This document shows, piece after piece, positions 1-10,058 of a stretch of DNA of 40,612 bases. Source of the stretch: Candidatus Woesearchaeota archaeon (GTDB lineage: Archaea > Nanobdellota > Nanobdellia > SCGC-AAA011-G17 > GW2011-AR17); contig SICW01000001.1 of NCBI GenBank assembly GCA_009691355.1, forward strand, positions 1 to 40,612. The letters run 5' to 3'. Under the pieces are notes generated by a model, which was given only the letters and a program-made list of their open reading frames with translations, searched no databases and was not told the DNA's origin. The position numbers and the translations under genes are program-made. Every line of letters begins with the position of its first letter. Positions within the stretch are counted from its first letter, which is position 1.

Positions 1-1
1 T

Positions 2-592
2 GGAAATCAAGTTACTGTTGAAGTGGACTGTAATCCGAAGCTCGTTGAATTCTGGCTTGGCATTGGATTATTTGGATGGCTTGTTCCAGAGAGTGACAGT
101 GTTGCTCGTGTAGGTATTGTTTCCTATGATCAGCCAGATAAATATCTCCAAAAACTGGTGGATAGACGATGTCCAAAAGCAAAAGTTCTGAGTAAAGAGC
201 CTGGTGCAATTCCGGTCTATAATCCTAAACAAACATTACAGAAAGATTTTGTGTACCTCATTGGTGATGCTGCAACACAAGTAAAGGCAACTTCCTATGG
301 AGGAATTGTTCATGGGATGAGAGCCGCAGAAGTCCTCTCACGAGATATAAAGCATTACCAAAAAAACTGTAGAAAAGAAATAGGTAAAGATTTGTATTTG
401 AGTTTGCTTATACGGAAAGCAATGGATAGATTCTCTGAAGAGGAATACAATGACCTTGTAGAGATGTTCAACCAAGAAAAATTAAAACGTGTTCTTGAAA
501 CTAAGAGTAGAGACTACCCTACGAAATTTGTTCTTGATCTTCTTTTGGCACAACCACGACTATTAAAATTTGGAACAAAAGTATTATTTTAG
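2..592 (+). CDS. Geranylgeranyl reductase family FAD-dependent oxidoreductase, 5' truncated by window edge
   Basis: Frame open from base 2; motifs FGWLVP, LIGDAATQVKATSYGGI typical of the GGR family C-terminal half. Confidence 0.85.
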   Translation, partial: GNQVTVEVDCNPKLVEFWLGIGLFGWLVPESDSVARVGIVSYDQPDKYLQKLVDRRCPKAKVLSKEPGAIPVYNPKQTLQKDFVYLIGDAATQVKATSYGGIVHGMRAAEVLSRDIKHYQKNCRKEIGKDLYLSLLIRKAMDRFSEEEYNDLVEMFNQEKLKRVLETKSRDYPTKFVLDLLLAQPRLLKFGTKVLF

Positions 593-1651
593 TGGATACT
601 TAAGAATCACACCAATTCCACCAAGACCAATAAGTTTCTTTCCTGCATCGTGTTCTGAAGAAATAATATGAACTTCACCATTACTTCTTTCTACTTCTCT
701 CATCATAGAATCTAATAGAATATACCCCCCAGATTCCCTTTTTTCTCGGAGGTACTCATCACTTACCAGCAAAATTTTGACGGCATGAGCCTCTGCTGCT
801 TCTTTTACTTCTTTGAAACCATAAGCAGAAAGTGAAACCTTCGCAATTTCCTTGAAGAGATCTTCTACAAGCATTGTTTCTCTAACCGTACGATCCTGTT
901 TGAGAACAGTCTTTACCTCATCACGCTTAAGAATCTCTTCTATAGCATTTTTTCCCATAGCGTTACATGTTGCAAGAGTTATTTTTGAAGTGAGAGTATT
1001 ATATGATTTTTTTATTACCTTGAGTAAATTTTCCTTCCAAAAGGCAGGGCTTCCTATAATAATATGAACAACTTCATATCTTTTCGCATACTCCTCTACA
1101 TGCTTGGCAACTTCTTCATAGAATTCTTTTTCTTGTGTATTTGCATATCCCTTCTTTCCTACTTCTCCTTCAAGGTCTGCAAGGATTTTGTAGCCAGAAG
1201 CACTGAGAAGAGCAAAAGTCACTTCATCGCGATCTAAAGCAATAATGAGAATCTTTGTACCTTTATCTTCACAGGCTTCATGAATCTTCTGTAAGAGATA
1301 CTTAGGCCAGGATTTTTTAATGATTTTTATGACTGTCCCTTCCTCTATTTCAATGGTATGATAGGAACTAAGAGGAATATCTTCTGGGCCTTGGGTTATT
1401 TTTCCAGAGATACGTAAACCATTAGAAAACTTCTCAAACTCTATTCTTTCTACCTTAATCTTTAGAAAAACGGGCTTTTTTACAATTTTAGTGTTTTGGC
1501 CACTATCATCACCTAGTTTTATCTTCCTTAGTGTTCTTCCTTCCACTTCATCAGAAGCTTCAATACAATGAGAAAGGTACCAGAGGTCATCCAAGCTATT
1601 GACTTCTACCTTTAGTTCTCCTTTATGCAGATCCTGAAATATAATTTTCAT
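584..1651 (-). CDS. pelA: mRNA surveillance protein Pelota
   Basis: DDLWYL, YHTIEI, GSPAFWK, SSEHDAGKKLIGLGGIGVILKY motifs; 355 aa. Confidence 0.96.
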   Translation of the reverse strand: MKIIFQDLHKGELKVEVNSLDDLWYLSHCIEASDEVEGRTLRKIKLGDDSGQNTKIVKKPVFLKIKVERIEFEKFSNGLRISGKITQGPEDIPLSSYHTIEIEEGTVIKIIKKSWPKYLLQKIHEACEDKGTKILIIALDRDEVTFALLSASGYKILADLEGEVGKKGYANTQEKEFYEEVAKHVEEYAKRYEVVHIIIGSPAFWKENLLKVIKKSYNTLTSKITLATCNAMGKNAIEEILKRDEVKTVLKQDRTVRETMLVEDLFKEIAKVSLSAYGFKEVKEAAEAHAVKILLVSDEYLREKRESGGYILLDSMMREVERSNGEVHIISSEHDAGKKLIGLGGIGVILKYPLK

Positions 1652-1700
1652 CTCAAAAAAGGGAAAAAGTTTATATATACTTAAACTTATCTCATAGCCT

Positions 1701-2876
1701 ATGACAGGGAGAGGAAAACGAGGGCAAACAGCCGTAGAAGTATCTGTTCTTATATTTCTTATTGCGGTTATTATGGTCGGATATATCGTACTCTTACCTG
1801 AAGAAGATAGAAATGAGCTTTTAGGAAGTAGTTCTGATGGAAGTACTACGGGTAGTAGTGATAGTGGATCTGCAGAAACCTTGCTTTCTGAGTCTCCAGG
1901 AGATGTTCAATCTGAAAAGAGTAGCACCCAAATAAGAGCACTAGAACCTATGAGACTTTATTCTACTACAGAATCTAATACACAAACCTTATCTGCTTCT
2001 CTTACTGTTTCTCGAAATATTATCCAAAATAACTATAAGATTGTGAACTTTGATATTGAAAACTTTGATACCATCGCTGGTTCACAACTTCTGTTTTTAG
2101 TCTCTGATTCTAAGGGAGAAATTACCATTCTTCTCAATGACCACCTTATCTATGAAGGAGAACTTACAAGCAATGCACTTCCTTTGGATCTTCCGGTGAG
2201 TTACCTTCAAGAAACAGGAAATGAACTCAAACTATCTACAAGTCTTACTTGGAATATATTTTCTCCAAACTACTATCTCTTACAAGATGTTCAACTTATT
2301 GAGGATTACACCGTTGCAGATACCACTGCTTCACGAACATTCTCTGTTGAAGACCCTTCCCAAGTTACTGATGCTACATTAACCTACTTTATTACTTGTA
2401 ATTCTGATGATGATGGCATACTAAGTGTTTCTTTGAACTCCCAAGAAGTCTTTAGTGATCAAATTTTCTGTGAGTATTTGAATGAAAGAGAATTGAGTTT
2501 AGATACGGATTACTTAAAGACAAGTAATAGTTTGAAATTTGAAATTAATGAAGGAGACTACAATATTGAAGAAGGGCAAGTTGCAATAAAGACAAGAACA
2601 AAAGACTATCCTAGCTTTACTTTTGATATTGATTCTGATCTTTATGATGAAATTAGTTCTGGAAGTAAAGACGTTTATCTCAAGATGACTTTTGATAATG
2701 CAGATGATGAGAAAGAAGGGACCATCCTCATACAGGAATACTCCTTTAGCTTTAATACAGAGGATAATACCTATGAAAAGAAGATAACGGATTACATTGA
2801 TGATGGAGCAAATACCATTACATTAGAACCTGCATCAGACTTTACTATTGATAATTTGAAAGTGTATGTAGAATAG
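1701..2876 (+). CDS. Acidic surface protein with class III (pilin/archaellin-type) signal peptide and repeated beta-rich domains
   Basis: KRGQ followed by hydrophobic helix with E at +5; Ser/Gly linker; D/E/S/T-rich body. Confidence 0.7.
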   Translation: MTGRGKRGQTAVEVSVLIFLIAVIMVGYIVLLPEEDRNELLGSSSDGSTTGSSDSGSAETLLSESPGDVQSEKSSTQIRALEPMRLYSTTESNTQTLSASLTVSRNIIQNNYKIVNFDIENFDTIAGSQLLFLVSDSKGEITILLNDHLIYEGELTSNALPLDLPVSYLQETGNELKLSTSLTWNIFSPNYYLLQDVQLIEDYTVADTTASRTFSVEDPSQVTDATLTYFITCNSDDDGILSVSLNSQEVFSDQIFCEYLNERELSLDTDYLKTSNSLKFEINEGDYNIEEGQVAIKTRTKDYPSFTFDIDSDLYDEISSGSKDVYLKMTFDNADDEKEGTILIQEYSFSFNTEDNTYEKKITDYIDDGANTITLEPASDFTIDNLKVYVE

Positions 2877-3072
2877 AATCTAAATAAATAATATGCTTTG
2901 TTTCCTCTCTTATAATTCTATTTAAACTACTAAAATTGGCAAAATAGGTTCTTAGCGTCCCTTTAGTCTCTTCATCAAATATCGTAGATTACCTTCACCA
3001 GGCTTGGTACACACATTTCCAACTCATCCTTGTAGGTTCATGTATAAAGAAAAAAATTAGAAGTATAAACAG

Positions 3073-3846
3073 TTATCCAAAGTAGTTCGGTTCTGTAGAA
3101 CCCCTTTCTCCAGAGGTATTACTGACGCCCTTGCTTCGAGAAAGAATTTCTTTTTCAATTTCATCAATCTCATCAGAAAGCTTTGCAAGATCAAGTTTTA
3201 AAGTAAATTTACTATTCAGAACATTCAAAGTCTCTTTTGCACCTTTAATTCCCAAGTACGCAGGATGCGCAAAGGTTTGTGCAAGCAAGGCTGCTGCAGG
3301 TATTTTTCTTCGTTGTGCAACCCCTAAAAGAACACCAGTGACACCAATAATTGGGCCAACAACACCATAAATTTTATCACTTGCATAAGGAAAGGTCTTT
3401 ACATACGCTTTGTTTGTACCAGTAATGTAGACTTTGGGTTTTTTTGGAATTTTCTGTAAGCCAATACCACCAAGAGTTATGACTTCTTTTCCGTTATACT
3501 CTAATACAAGGTCCATAACAAAGTTACAAAATTCGTAGCAAGAAGGCTCATCAATAGGCTGAATATCACCTGCTAAAAATAGAAAGTCTTGCTTGTTAAT
3601 CGTTGCATGATACACACTAATCACAGGTAAGTCAATGAGATTTTTTTCGTTAATAAACACAGAATGAGGAAAGTAATGTGAATAAATATTCAAAAACTTT
3701 TTTGCTTTGACGTTCTCAATAAGAAAATCCATCGCTATTTTTCCGACGTTTCCTATACCTGGAAGGCCTTCAATCAGAACAGGGCTCTTTAGGCTGGGTT
3801 TTGCCAAATATTCTACTTCAAATTTTTCTTTTTGCATTTTAATCAA
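3073..3846 (-). CDS. PAC2 family proteasome assembly chaperone
   Basis: LIEGLPGIGNVGKIA, GDIQP, ITLGG, GVTGVLLG; usual position after nop10. Confidence 0.92.
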   Translation of the reverse strand: MIKMQKEKFEVEYLAKPSLKSPVLIEGLPGIGNVGKIAMDFLIENVKAKKFLNIYSHYFPHSVFINEKNLIDLPVISVYHATINKQDFLFLAGDIQPIDEPSCYEFCNFVMDLVLEYNGKEVITLGGIGLQKIPKKPKVYITGTNKAYVKTFPYASDKIYGVVGPIIGVTGVLLGVAQRRKIPAAALLAQTFAHPAYLGIKGAKETLNVLNSKFTLKLDLAKLSDEIDEIEKEILSRSKGVSNTSGERGSTEPNYFG

Positions 3847-3860
3847 AAACGAAAGTCAAT

Positions 3861-4028
3861 TTATAAATCTTTGGCATGCTCTTTTTTATATTCACGCCTG
3901 TATACGCCATACTTATCTTCTGGGCTGAATTTTGCAGGACGAGTTGTTACAGGTTTATTTCTACAAGAACAGAGCTCTTTAAGTGTATATTTTTTACATA
4001 CAGAACAGTAGAGAATGGAAAGGCTCAT
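3861..4028 (-). CDS. nop10: H/ACA RNP protein Nop10 (55 aa, below ORF-track cutoff)
   Basis: Hand translation MSLSILYCSVCKKYTLKELCSCRNKPVTTRPAKFSPEDKYGVYRREYKKEHAKDL; overlaps aIF2-alpha stop. Confidence 0.95.
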   Translation of the reverse strand: MSLSILYCSVCKKYTLKELCSCRNKPVTTRPAKFSPEDKYGVYRREYKKEHAKDL

Positions 4029-4819
4029 TTTTTACGTATAACTTCACCTAAAGCTTTTCTTTTTTTCATCTCTCCAATAATTACTTGGGTGACTTCTTCA
4101 AGCTCATCCTCAGCAGTCTTATATTCATTTGAGGTTACTTCAATACGATAATTTGGAGCTGAAATGTACACCATGTTTACTTGGATTTCATTCTTCTTTG
4201 CAAATTTTTCCCCTTCTTGTAATGCTTCTTTAATGTCTTCAATTCCTTTTTCAGAGAAACTTTGTAAGACAAGGGTTGCGTTTACAATAACTTCAGGAGG
4301 TTTAATTTTATCTTGAACAATAGTTACTAGGAGCTCAACTTCTTTTTCAGGGAAATTTAATTCTGTTATAGCTTCTTTTCCATGAATAGCGATTTCGTTG
4401 AATGCAATACCTAAGAGACCAAAATGATCAATAAGTTTAAAGCCCATCTTTTGATATATCCCATTCAGATCTAATTTGAGTTCTTTTCCAATATATTCTA
4501 GAAGTTTTTCAGATTTTATTTCTTGTTTGTATTCTTCATTCTTTTTCGTTCTTAGAGATAAAGGAACTCTTCGTAAAGAAAGATCAACTTGCCTTCGTTC
4601 TTGATCTACACGAAGGACCTGGCAAACTAATTTCTTGCCTTCTATAACATAATCACGAATATTACGAATCCTTCCTGGAGCAATTTCAGAAATGTGGATC
4701 ATACCTTCTTGATGCTCATACTCATCAAGATCTGCAAAAATGGAATGAAAAAGAATCTTCTTTACTGTACAGAGCACCACACTATTTTCTTCAGGTAGAC
4801 CTTTTTTCTTATAAAACAT
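4025..4819 (-). CDS. eif2a: Translation initiation factor 2 subunit alpha
   Basis: S1 domain LDEY..EGMIHISEI..VDLSLRRV; ISAPNYRI. Confidence 0.96.
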   Translation of the reverse strand: MFYKKKGLPEENSVVLCTVKKILFHSIFADLDEYEHQEGMIHISEIAPGRIRNIRDYVIEGKKLVCQVLRVDQERRQVDLSLRRVPLSLRTKKNEEYKQEIKSEKLLEYIGKELKLDLNGIYQKMGFKLIDHFGLLGIAFNEIAIHGKEAITELNFPEKEVELLVTIVQDKIKPPEVIVNATLVLQSFSEKGIEDIKEALQEGEKFAKKNEIQVNMVYISAPNYRIEVTSNEYKTAEDELEEVTQVIIGEMKKRKALGEVIRKK

Positions 4820-4852
4820 AGGATAGAAAATAAACTAGGTCTTTAAAAAGGT

Positions 4853-5029
4853 TTACTTGAGAATTTCAAGAGGATGTACTGTAAATTTCGTTTTGCCACC
4901 AGTTGGTGTTCCAAGTACTTCACCGCAAACTAAGCAATGAACTGGGGTTGCTGCTTTTCCAAAAACAACTTGCTCGTTTTTGCACTTGCAACGAATCTTT
5001 ACAAATTTTCCTTTAGGTTCTTGAATCAT
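4853..5029 (-). CDS. rps27e: 30S ribosomal protein S27e (58 aa, below ORF-track cutoff)
   Basis: Hand translation [46 protein letters not shown]... Confidence 0.96.
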   Translation of the reverse strand: MIQEPKGKFVKIRCKCKNEQVVFGKAATPVHCLVCGEVLGTPTGGKTKFTVHPLEILK

Positions 5030-5031
5030 GT

Positions 5032-5349
5032 TTATACTAACTCCAATTTCTTTGTTCGAATACCGCCACTTTGTACAAGGATTTTATTACAGGTGTTACA
5101 TTTGTATCTAAGGTCAACTTTCTTAGAAATCTTTGCACCTGTTCTCTTAAACTTAGAGATAGCCGGCTTAGAATATTTATTATAATTTCCATATCCTCGA
5201 CGAAGTCCACGACCGCGTAGTCTACTGTTAGACCCACGAGACATGGGATGAGCAGTACTTCTTGTTCGCTTCTTTGCTTCAGAAACTGTCATTTCTGTAT
5301 GTTTTTTACATTTAGGACAGTAATGCTTGATTTTTTTAGGTACTTTCAT
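5032..5349 (-). CDS. rpl44e: 50S ribosomal protein L44e
   Basis: [28 protein letters not shown]. Confidence 0.96.
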   Translation of the reverse strand: MKVPKKIKHYCPKCKKHTEMTVSEAKKRTRSTAHPMSRGSNSRLRGRGLRRGYGNYNKYSKPAISKFKRTGAKISKKVDLRYKCNTCNKILVQSGGIRTKKLELV

Positions 5350-5953
5350 TTTTTGCTTGCTCGGTGTTTACGAGCATTTCGGCAATCATTTGTGGTAGCT
5401 GTTGATGATCTCCAGCCTTAAATGGGCCATAGACCGTTAAATCAGGTCCCACAAACTCAGGAATGTCTTTCAAGACCTGAATCGATAAGCTATCAGTTTT
5501 CTCTTCTCCTTTTAAATCTTTCGGGTCTATCGGCTGTATCGAAGGCATTCTACTCTGTAGAACAGTATTGAGAAGGCCGTCTCTATAAAGATCCAAGTTG
5601 TCTTTTAAAGTGCTGTATAATGCAAACTCCTCAGGAAGCATTGTAGAGGTATCCTGCGCATTTTTGCTTCTTGAGCAGAAAAGAGCGAACTGAATAATTT
5701 TATTCTCCCTCTTTTCATAGAGTTCTCTTAAAATCTTTAAAACATTCTTTAACTGAGTCTGAGTTTTTTCTACTTCTGTGGAAGCAAATATGCTCTGTTT
5801 CTTTGATTGTGATTCCAGAATAGCAGTCTTTTCTTGGAGGTACTTTACCACATCCTGATAGAATGTTTCATCAATTTTTTGTAGCTCTGTACGATATTTT
5901 TCTCTACGAAGTAGTTCATATAAATTTTCGTAGGTGATGATCACTTCTGCCAT
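5336..5953 (-). CDS. GINS complex subunit (Gins15/Gins51 type)
   Basis: Helical A domain (RREK..ELQKI..FY) plus C-terminal B domain (DIPEFVGPDL..YGPF..GD); conserved position upstream of rpl44e; ATG 5953 preferred to TTG 5962. Confidence 0.85.
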   Translation of the reverse strand: MAEVIITYENLYELLRREKYRTELQKIDETFYQDVVKYLQEKTAILESQSKKQSIFASTEVEKTQTQLKNVLKILRELYEKRENKIIQFALFCSRSKNAQDTSTMLPEEFALYSTLKDNLDLYRDGLLNTVLQSRMPSIQPIDPKDLKGEEKTDSLSIQVLKDIPEFVGPDLTVYGPFKAGDHQQLPQMIAEMLVNTEQAKNEST

Positions 5954-6016
5954 ATATTGCAAAGGGAGGAGTTTCTTTAAATCAATTTCTATGTTCTGTA
6001 CTGGAATTTGTATGGT

Positions 6017-6367
6017 TTAGATGTAAGAGTTTATTGTAGCTAGGCCACTTGTTTTAGATATTGCAGGGATACCTTTCTCTTTACATGCAAGAATTACACG
6101 ATCGCTTCCTGAAATAGCAAGGAATTTTACTCCTGGTTGAACTCTTACGCGTTCATACACTGTTTCTGCTGGAGTTATGTCTCTTCCTCCATATGTTCCG
6201 AGATTTGGATCCATCACATACAACCCATAGTTCCTTTCATCCATTCTTGCTAACATATCATCGAGTGTTGCAACTGAATGAATTTGCCACCCTTTGTCTT
6301 GTGCAAGCTCTTCTATCGTTTCTCTCCAGCTAAGATCATGCATTGCAATTAACGCTCGGCGTTCCAT
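6017..6367 (-). CDS. Stand-alone receiver (CheY-like) domain protein, divergent
   Basis: 116 aa alternating beta/alpha pattern; YVMD (phospho-Asp site), AISG, ISK. Confidence 0.6.
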   Translation of the reverse strand: MERRALIAMHDLSWRETIEELAQDKGWQIHSVATLDDMLARMDERNYGLYVMDPNLGTYGGRDITPAETVYERVRVQPGVKFLAISGSDRVILACKEKGIPAISKTSGLATINSYI

Positions 6368-6459
6368 ATTCTTTTTTTTTCACTATTCTTTTATTTAAAA
6401 CTATCGTTTCGTTTTTGGTGATTCGTAACTATTATAACTATTACCTTCTGAAAAAACGT

Positions 6460-6783
6460 ATGAAATATATTTGGATTCTTTTGGCTTTCTTCCTTCTTCT
6501 CTCAGGATGCTCTAGTAGTGCAAATACGAACGCTATCCTTGAGGTACAAACATATACTCTTGAAGAGGTATCCCTTCATAATTCCTCAGAGAGTTGTTAT
6601 ACTGCTATTGATGGAAAAGTCTATGATCTGACTACTTGGATTGCAATACACCCAGGAGGGGATGCTGCGATTTTAAGCCTCTGTGGGATAGATGGCTCAG
6701 AAAAGTTTAATGAGAAACATGGAAATAGTGGTTCTGCAAAGTACGAACTCTCTTTATTCTACATAGGGGAGCTTGCCCCATAA
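6460..6783 (+). CDS. Cytochrome b5-like heme-binding lipoprotein
   Basis: Lipobox LSGC; YTLEEV..HN, GKVYDLT, HPGG and second His ligand (EKHG); ATG 6460 preferred. Confidence 0.9.
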   Translation: MKYIWILLAFFLLLSGCSSSANTNAILEVQTYTLEEVSLHNSSESCYTAIDGKVYDLTTWIAIHPGGDAAILSLCGIDGSEKFNEKHGNSGSAKYELSLFYIGELAP

Positions 6784-6814
6784 TTTTTTAAAGTTCTTCT
6801 TCTTTTAGAGTACT

Positions 6815-7396
6815 ATGAAATATATGATATACCTCTTTCGCCACGGGCAAACGTATTATAACAAGTCTGGACGCTTTACTGGAGATATTAATTCTCACCT
6901 TACCCCTCAAGGAGTGAAAGATGCAAAGAAAATTGCACAAAAGCTTAAGGGAAATATCGTGGATTATGCTTTTCAGACACGACTTTCACGATCGAAAGAT
7001 ACTTTGAAGTATGTTTTACGTTTTCATCCAGAATGTAAAAAGATCATCAATGATGATCGAATGATTGAGAGGGACTATGGCCTTTTAAAAGGAAAATATC
7101 ATGCACGAATTATTGTACAATATGGGCAAAAACAATTTGATACATGGCACCGTTCTTACGAAACGAGACCACCTGGTGGAGAAAGTATTAAGGATGTAGA
7201 GAAACGAGTAGAGGCTTTTATTAAAGATCTGCTTATCTTTATGAAGAAACATAAAGGAAATGTTGCTATTTCTGCACATGGAAATTCTATGAGACCATTC
7301 CGAAAACATTTTGAACACCTGAGTAGAGAAAAAATGATGCAACTAGAAAATCCTTGGGATGATTATTTTGCATACTCTGTGGAAAATGAAAATTAA
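6815..7396 (+). CDS. Histidine phosphatase family, cofactor-dependent phosphoglycerate mutase-like
   Basis: RHGQT, ERDYG, PPGGES, AHGNSMR. Confidence 0.88.
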   Translation: MKYMIYLFRHGQTYYNKSGRFTGDINSHLTPQGVKDAKKIAQKLKGNIVDYAFQTRLSRSKDTLKYVLRFHPECKKIINDDRMIERDYGLLKGKYHARIIVQYGQKQFDTWHRSYETRPPGGESIKDVEKRVEAFIKDLLIFMKKHKGNVAISAHGNSMRPFRKHFEHLSREKMMQLENPWDDYFAYSVENEN

Positions 7397-8246
7397 AGAA
7401 TTACCGGAAGATTTTATTGTAGAAGAAGTTATGAATCTTCACTTGGAAGAGGGGCAATACTACTATTATCTTGTTACAAAGAGAAACTGGAATACTCTTG
7501 ACCTTGTTCATGAGATTGCTGAACGTCTTCATGTAAAAGATGTGGGATATGCGGGCATTAAAGATAGAAACGCAGTTACTTCACAGTATATTTCTGTAAA
7601 TAAAAAAATACCTTTTACTTTGAAAGATGTTACATTTACTTTTATTGGAACGGGAAAAGAAAGGATATTTATTGGAGCTTTAGAAGGGAACAGGTTTACT
7701 ATTATTGTACGAGATCTTGACAAAAAATTAAAAGAAGTCAAAGACGTTGTGAATTATTTTGGAGAACAACGTTTTAGCCTCAAGAATGCCCTTATAGGTA
7801 AAATGCTTGTGCAGAAAAAGTTCAAAGAAGCCTGTACTGAACTAGAACTCACTGCTGAGAAGAATGATTATGTTGGAGCATTGAAAAGGATAGGAAAGGA
7901 TACATTGAGATTTTATGTTCATGCATACCAAAGTGAGCTTTGGAATAGACTTGCTGCAAAGAGTAAGAAGAAAGTCATTCCCATTATTGGGTATCTTACA
8001 GAAGGAAAAGACTATGAAAAAATCTTGGAAGAAGAAGAGGTTTGCCAAGAAGATTTCATCATTCGAAGCTTTCCAGATATAGGGGCTGAGGGTGGACAAC
8101 GTGAACGGATAGTTCAAGTAAAGGAGTTTAAGACTCTTTCATTTACTGATGATGAACTTCACCTTGGAAAGAAAAAACAGGTTATCTCTTTCTGTTTAGA
8201 CAAAGGAGCATATGCTACGACTGTTATAGAAGCATTATCTATTTAA
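7386..8246 (+). CDS. truD: tRNA pseudouridine(13) synthase TruD (short form)
   Basis: PEDFIVEE, YAGIKDRNAVTSQ, NYFGEQRF, GAYAT. Confidence 0.93.
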   Translation: MKIKELPEDFIVEEVMNLHLEEGQYYYYLVTKRNWNTLDLVHEIAERLHVKDVGYAGIKDRNAVTSQYISVNKKIPFTLKDVTFTFIGTGKERIFIGALEGNRFTIIVRDLDKKLKEVKDVVNYFGEQRFSLKNALIGKMLVQKKFKEACTELELTAEKNDYVGALKRIGKDTLRFYVHAYQSELWNRLAAKSKKKVIPIIGYLTEGKDYEKILEEEEVCQEDFIIRSFPDIGAEGGQRERIVQVKEFKTLSFTDDELHLGKKKQVISFCLDKGAYATTVIEALSI

Positions 8247-8269
8247 ATCTTAAAATTCCTTCCTTAGTT

Positions 8270-8839
8270 ATGACTCAAAAGTTTAGGGTTATCTTTATTC
8301 ATGGCAATGAGACTATACGCTGGTCTTACCTCTGGACCCCTTGGTTAAAAGAAGAACTAGAAAAACTAGGCTTAGATGTTATTTTTGAAACCTTTCCAGA
8401 TTCTATTATGGCAAGGAAAGAGTATTGGCTAGAATTTTTAGGAAAAGATTATTTGAAAGCAGATGAACATACCCTCCTTATTGGGCATTCTTCTGGAGCA
8501 ACTGCTGCAATGAAGTTTGCTGAAGAGAATACGATCTTTGGATCTATTCTTATATCCCCATCTTACACAGATTTAGGTTTAGAATCGGAAAGAGTGAGTG
8601 GTTGGTATGATGATCCTTGGAATTGGGATAAAATAAGAAAGAATCAAAAGTTTATAGGACTGTTCTATTCCAAAAATGATGAAATTATCCCCTTGCAAGA
8701 ATTTTTAGAGATTCAAGAAAAAATCAAACCAGATGAAGTACGAGCCTTTGAGACAAATGGGCATTTTATCAAACAGAGAACCTTTCCTGAAGTTGTAGCC
8801 TCCGTTTCTCAATTATTAGAAGATAAAAATTCAGAATAA
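8270..8839 (+). CDS. RBBP9/YdeN family alpha/beta hydrolase
   Basis: FIHGN, GHSSG nucleophile elbow, NDEII, GHF. Confidence 0.88.
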   Translation: MTQKFRVIFIHGNETIRWSYLWTPWLKEELEKLGLDVIFETFPDSIMARKEYWLEFLGKDYLKADEHTLLIGHSSGATAAMKFAEENTIFGSILISPSYTDLGLESERVSGWYDDPWNWDKIRKNQKFIGLFYSKNDEIIPLQEFLEIQEKIKPDEVRAFETNGHFIKQRTFPEVVASVSQLLEDKNSE

Positions 8840-8877
8840 AGTAAACTTTAAATAGAGTGTATTCACTTTTAAAAGCT

Positions 8878-10011
8878 ATGTTTAACTTCCTTAAAGATAA
8901 AGTCAAGAATGCTATTTCTTCTATTAGTAGTAAATTCGATAAAGAAGCTGAAGTAGTGGAAACTAAGGAAGAGAAAAATGTCCCTGAAGCAATACAAGAA
9001 GCTAAAGAAATTGTTGAAGAACAAAAAATAGAAGCTAAAGAAGAAAACATTCCTAAGATCGGATCTAGCCATGAAGAAGCTCAGGAAATAGAAAAAATTA
9101 CACCTGTTTACGAAATGCAAACAGTAAAAGAAGAAAAGAAAGGATTTTTTGCAAAAGTTGCTGAGGTTGTTACTACCAAAAAGATTTCTGACTCACAATT
9201 TGACCAACTCTTTTGGGATTTAGAAGTTGAACTTCTTGAGAATAATGTTGCCTTTGAAGTTATAGAGAAGATTAAAACAGATCTTAAAACAAAACTCGTT
9301 GATATGCCTTTGAAAAGAACCCAAGTAGAGAAGATTATTGAAGATAGCCTTAGAGATAGTATATCTGAAATCTTAGAATTTCCAACATTTGACCTTATCC
9401 AGAAAGTACAAGAAAAGAAACCCTATGTTATTGTGTTTATTGGTGTTAACGGTTCTGGAAAAACAACAACTATTGCAAAAGTTGCACATATGCTGAAGAA
9501 AAATAAACTCAGTTCAGTACTCGTTGCTGCAGACACCTTTCGAGCTGCATCTATTCAACAACTAGAAGAACAAGGTAATAGAGTGGGTGTTAAAGTCATT
9601 AAACATGATTACGGATCTGACCCTGCAGCAGTTGCATTTGATGGAGTGAAATATGCACAACAAAAGGGAATTGATGTTGTTTTGATTGATACAGCAGGAA
9701 GGCAACACTCTAACACAAACCTCATGGATGAAATGAAAAAAATCATTCGCATAAGCAAACCAGATCTCAAAATTTATATTGGAGAAATGATTGCAGGAAA
9801 TGATTGTATTGATCAAATTAAAGATTTTGATGCTGCGGTACAGATTGATGGCGTTATCCTTAGTAAAGCAGAAATTGATGAAAAGGGAGGCACAGCACTT
9901 TCTGTTTCCTATGTCACTAAAAAACCCATTTATTTCTTAGGTGTGGGACAAGAACTCAATGACCTCAAATTATTTGATAAAGAAGATCTTCTTAAAAAGA
10001 TATTTTCATAG
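8878..10011 (+). CDS. ftsY: SRP docking protein FtsY
   Basis: Acidic N region, GVNGSGKTTTIAK, DTFRAA, DTAGR, GVGQ. Confidence 0.97.
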   Translation: MFNFLKDKVKNAISSISSKFDKEAEVVETKEEKNVPEAIQEAKEIVEEQKIEAKEENIPKIGSSHEEAQEIEKITPVYEMQTVKEEKKGFFAKVAEVVTTKKISDSQFDQLFWDLEVELLENNVAFEVIEKIKTDLKTKLVDMPLKRTQVEKIIEDSLRDSISEILEFPTFDLIQKVQEKKPYVIVFIGVNGSGKTTTIAKVAHMLKKNKLSSVLVAADTFRAASIQQLEEQGNRVGVKVIKHDYGSDPAAVAFDGVKYAQQKGIDVVLIDTAGRQHSNTNLMDEMKKIIRISKPDLKIYIGEMIAGNDCIDQIKDFDAAVQIDGVILSKAEIDEKGGTALSVSYVTKKPIYFLGVGQELNDLKLFDKEDLLKKIFS

Positions 10012-10058
10012 TAATATTTAAATAGTTGTTTTGCATGAAATATTTTAGAGGTGATATT

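Noticed and set aside
3024..3026. In-frame TGA as selenocysteine or recoding
   Set aside because: TGA is an ordinary stop in several genes here (e.g. rpl3, rpl4); no SECIS or Sec machinery seen
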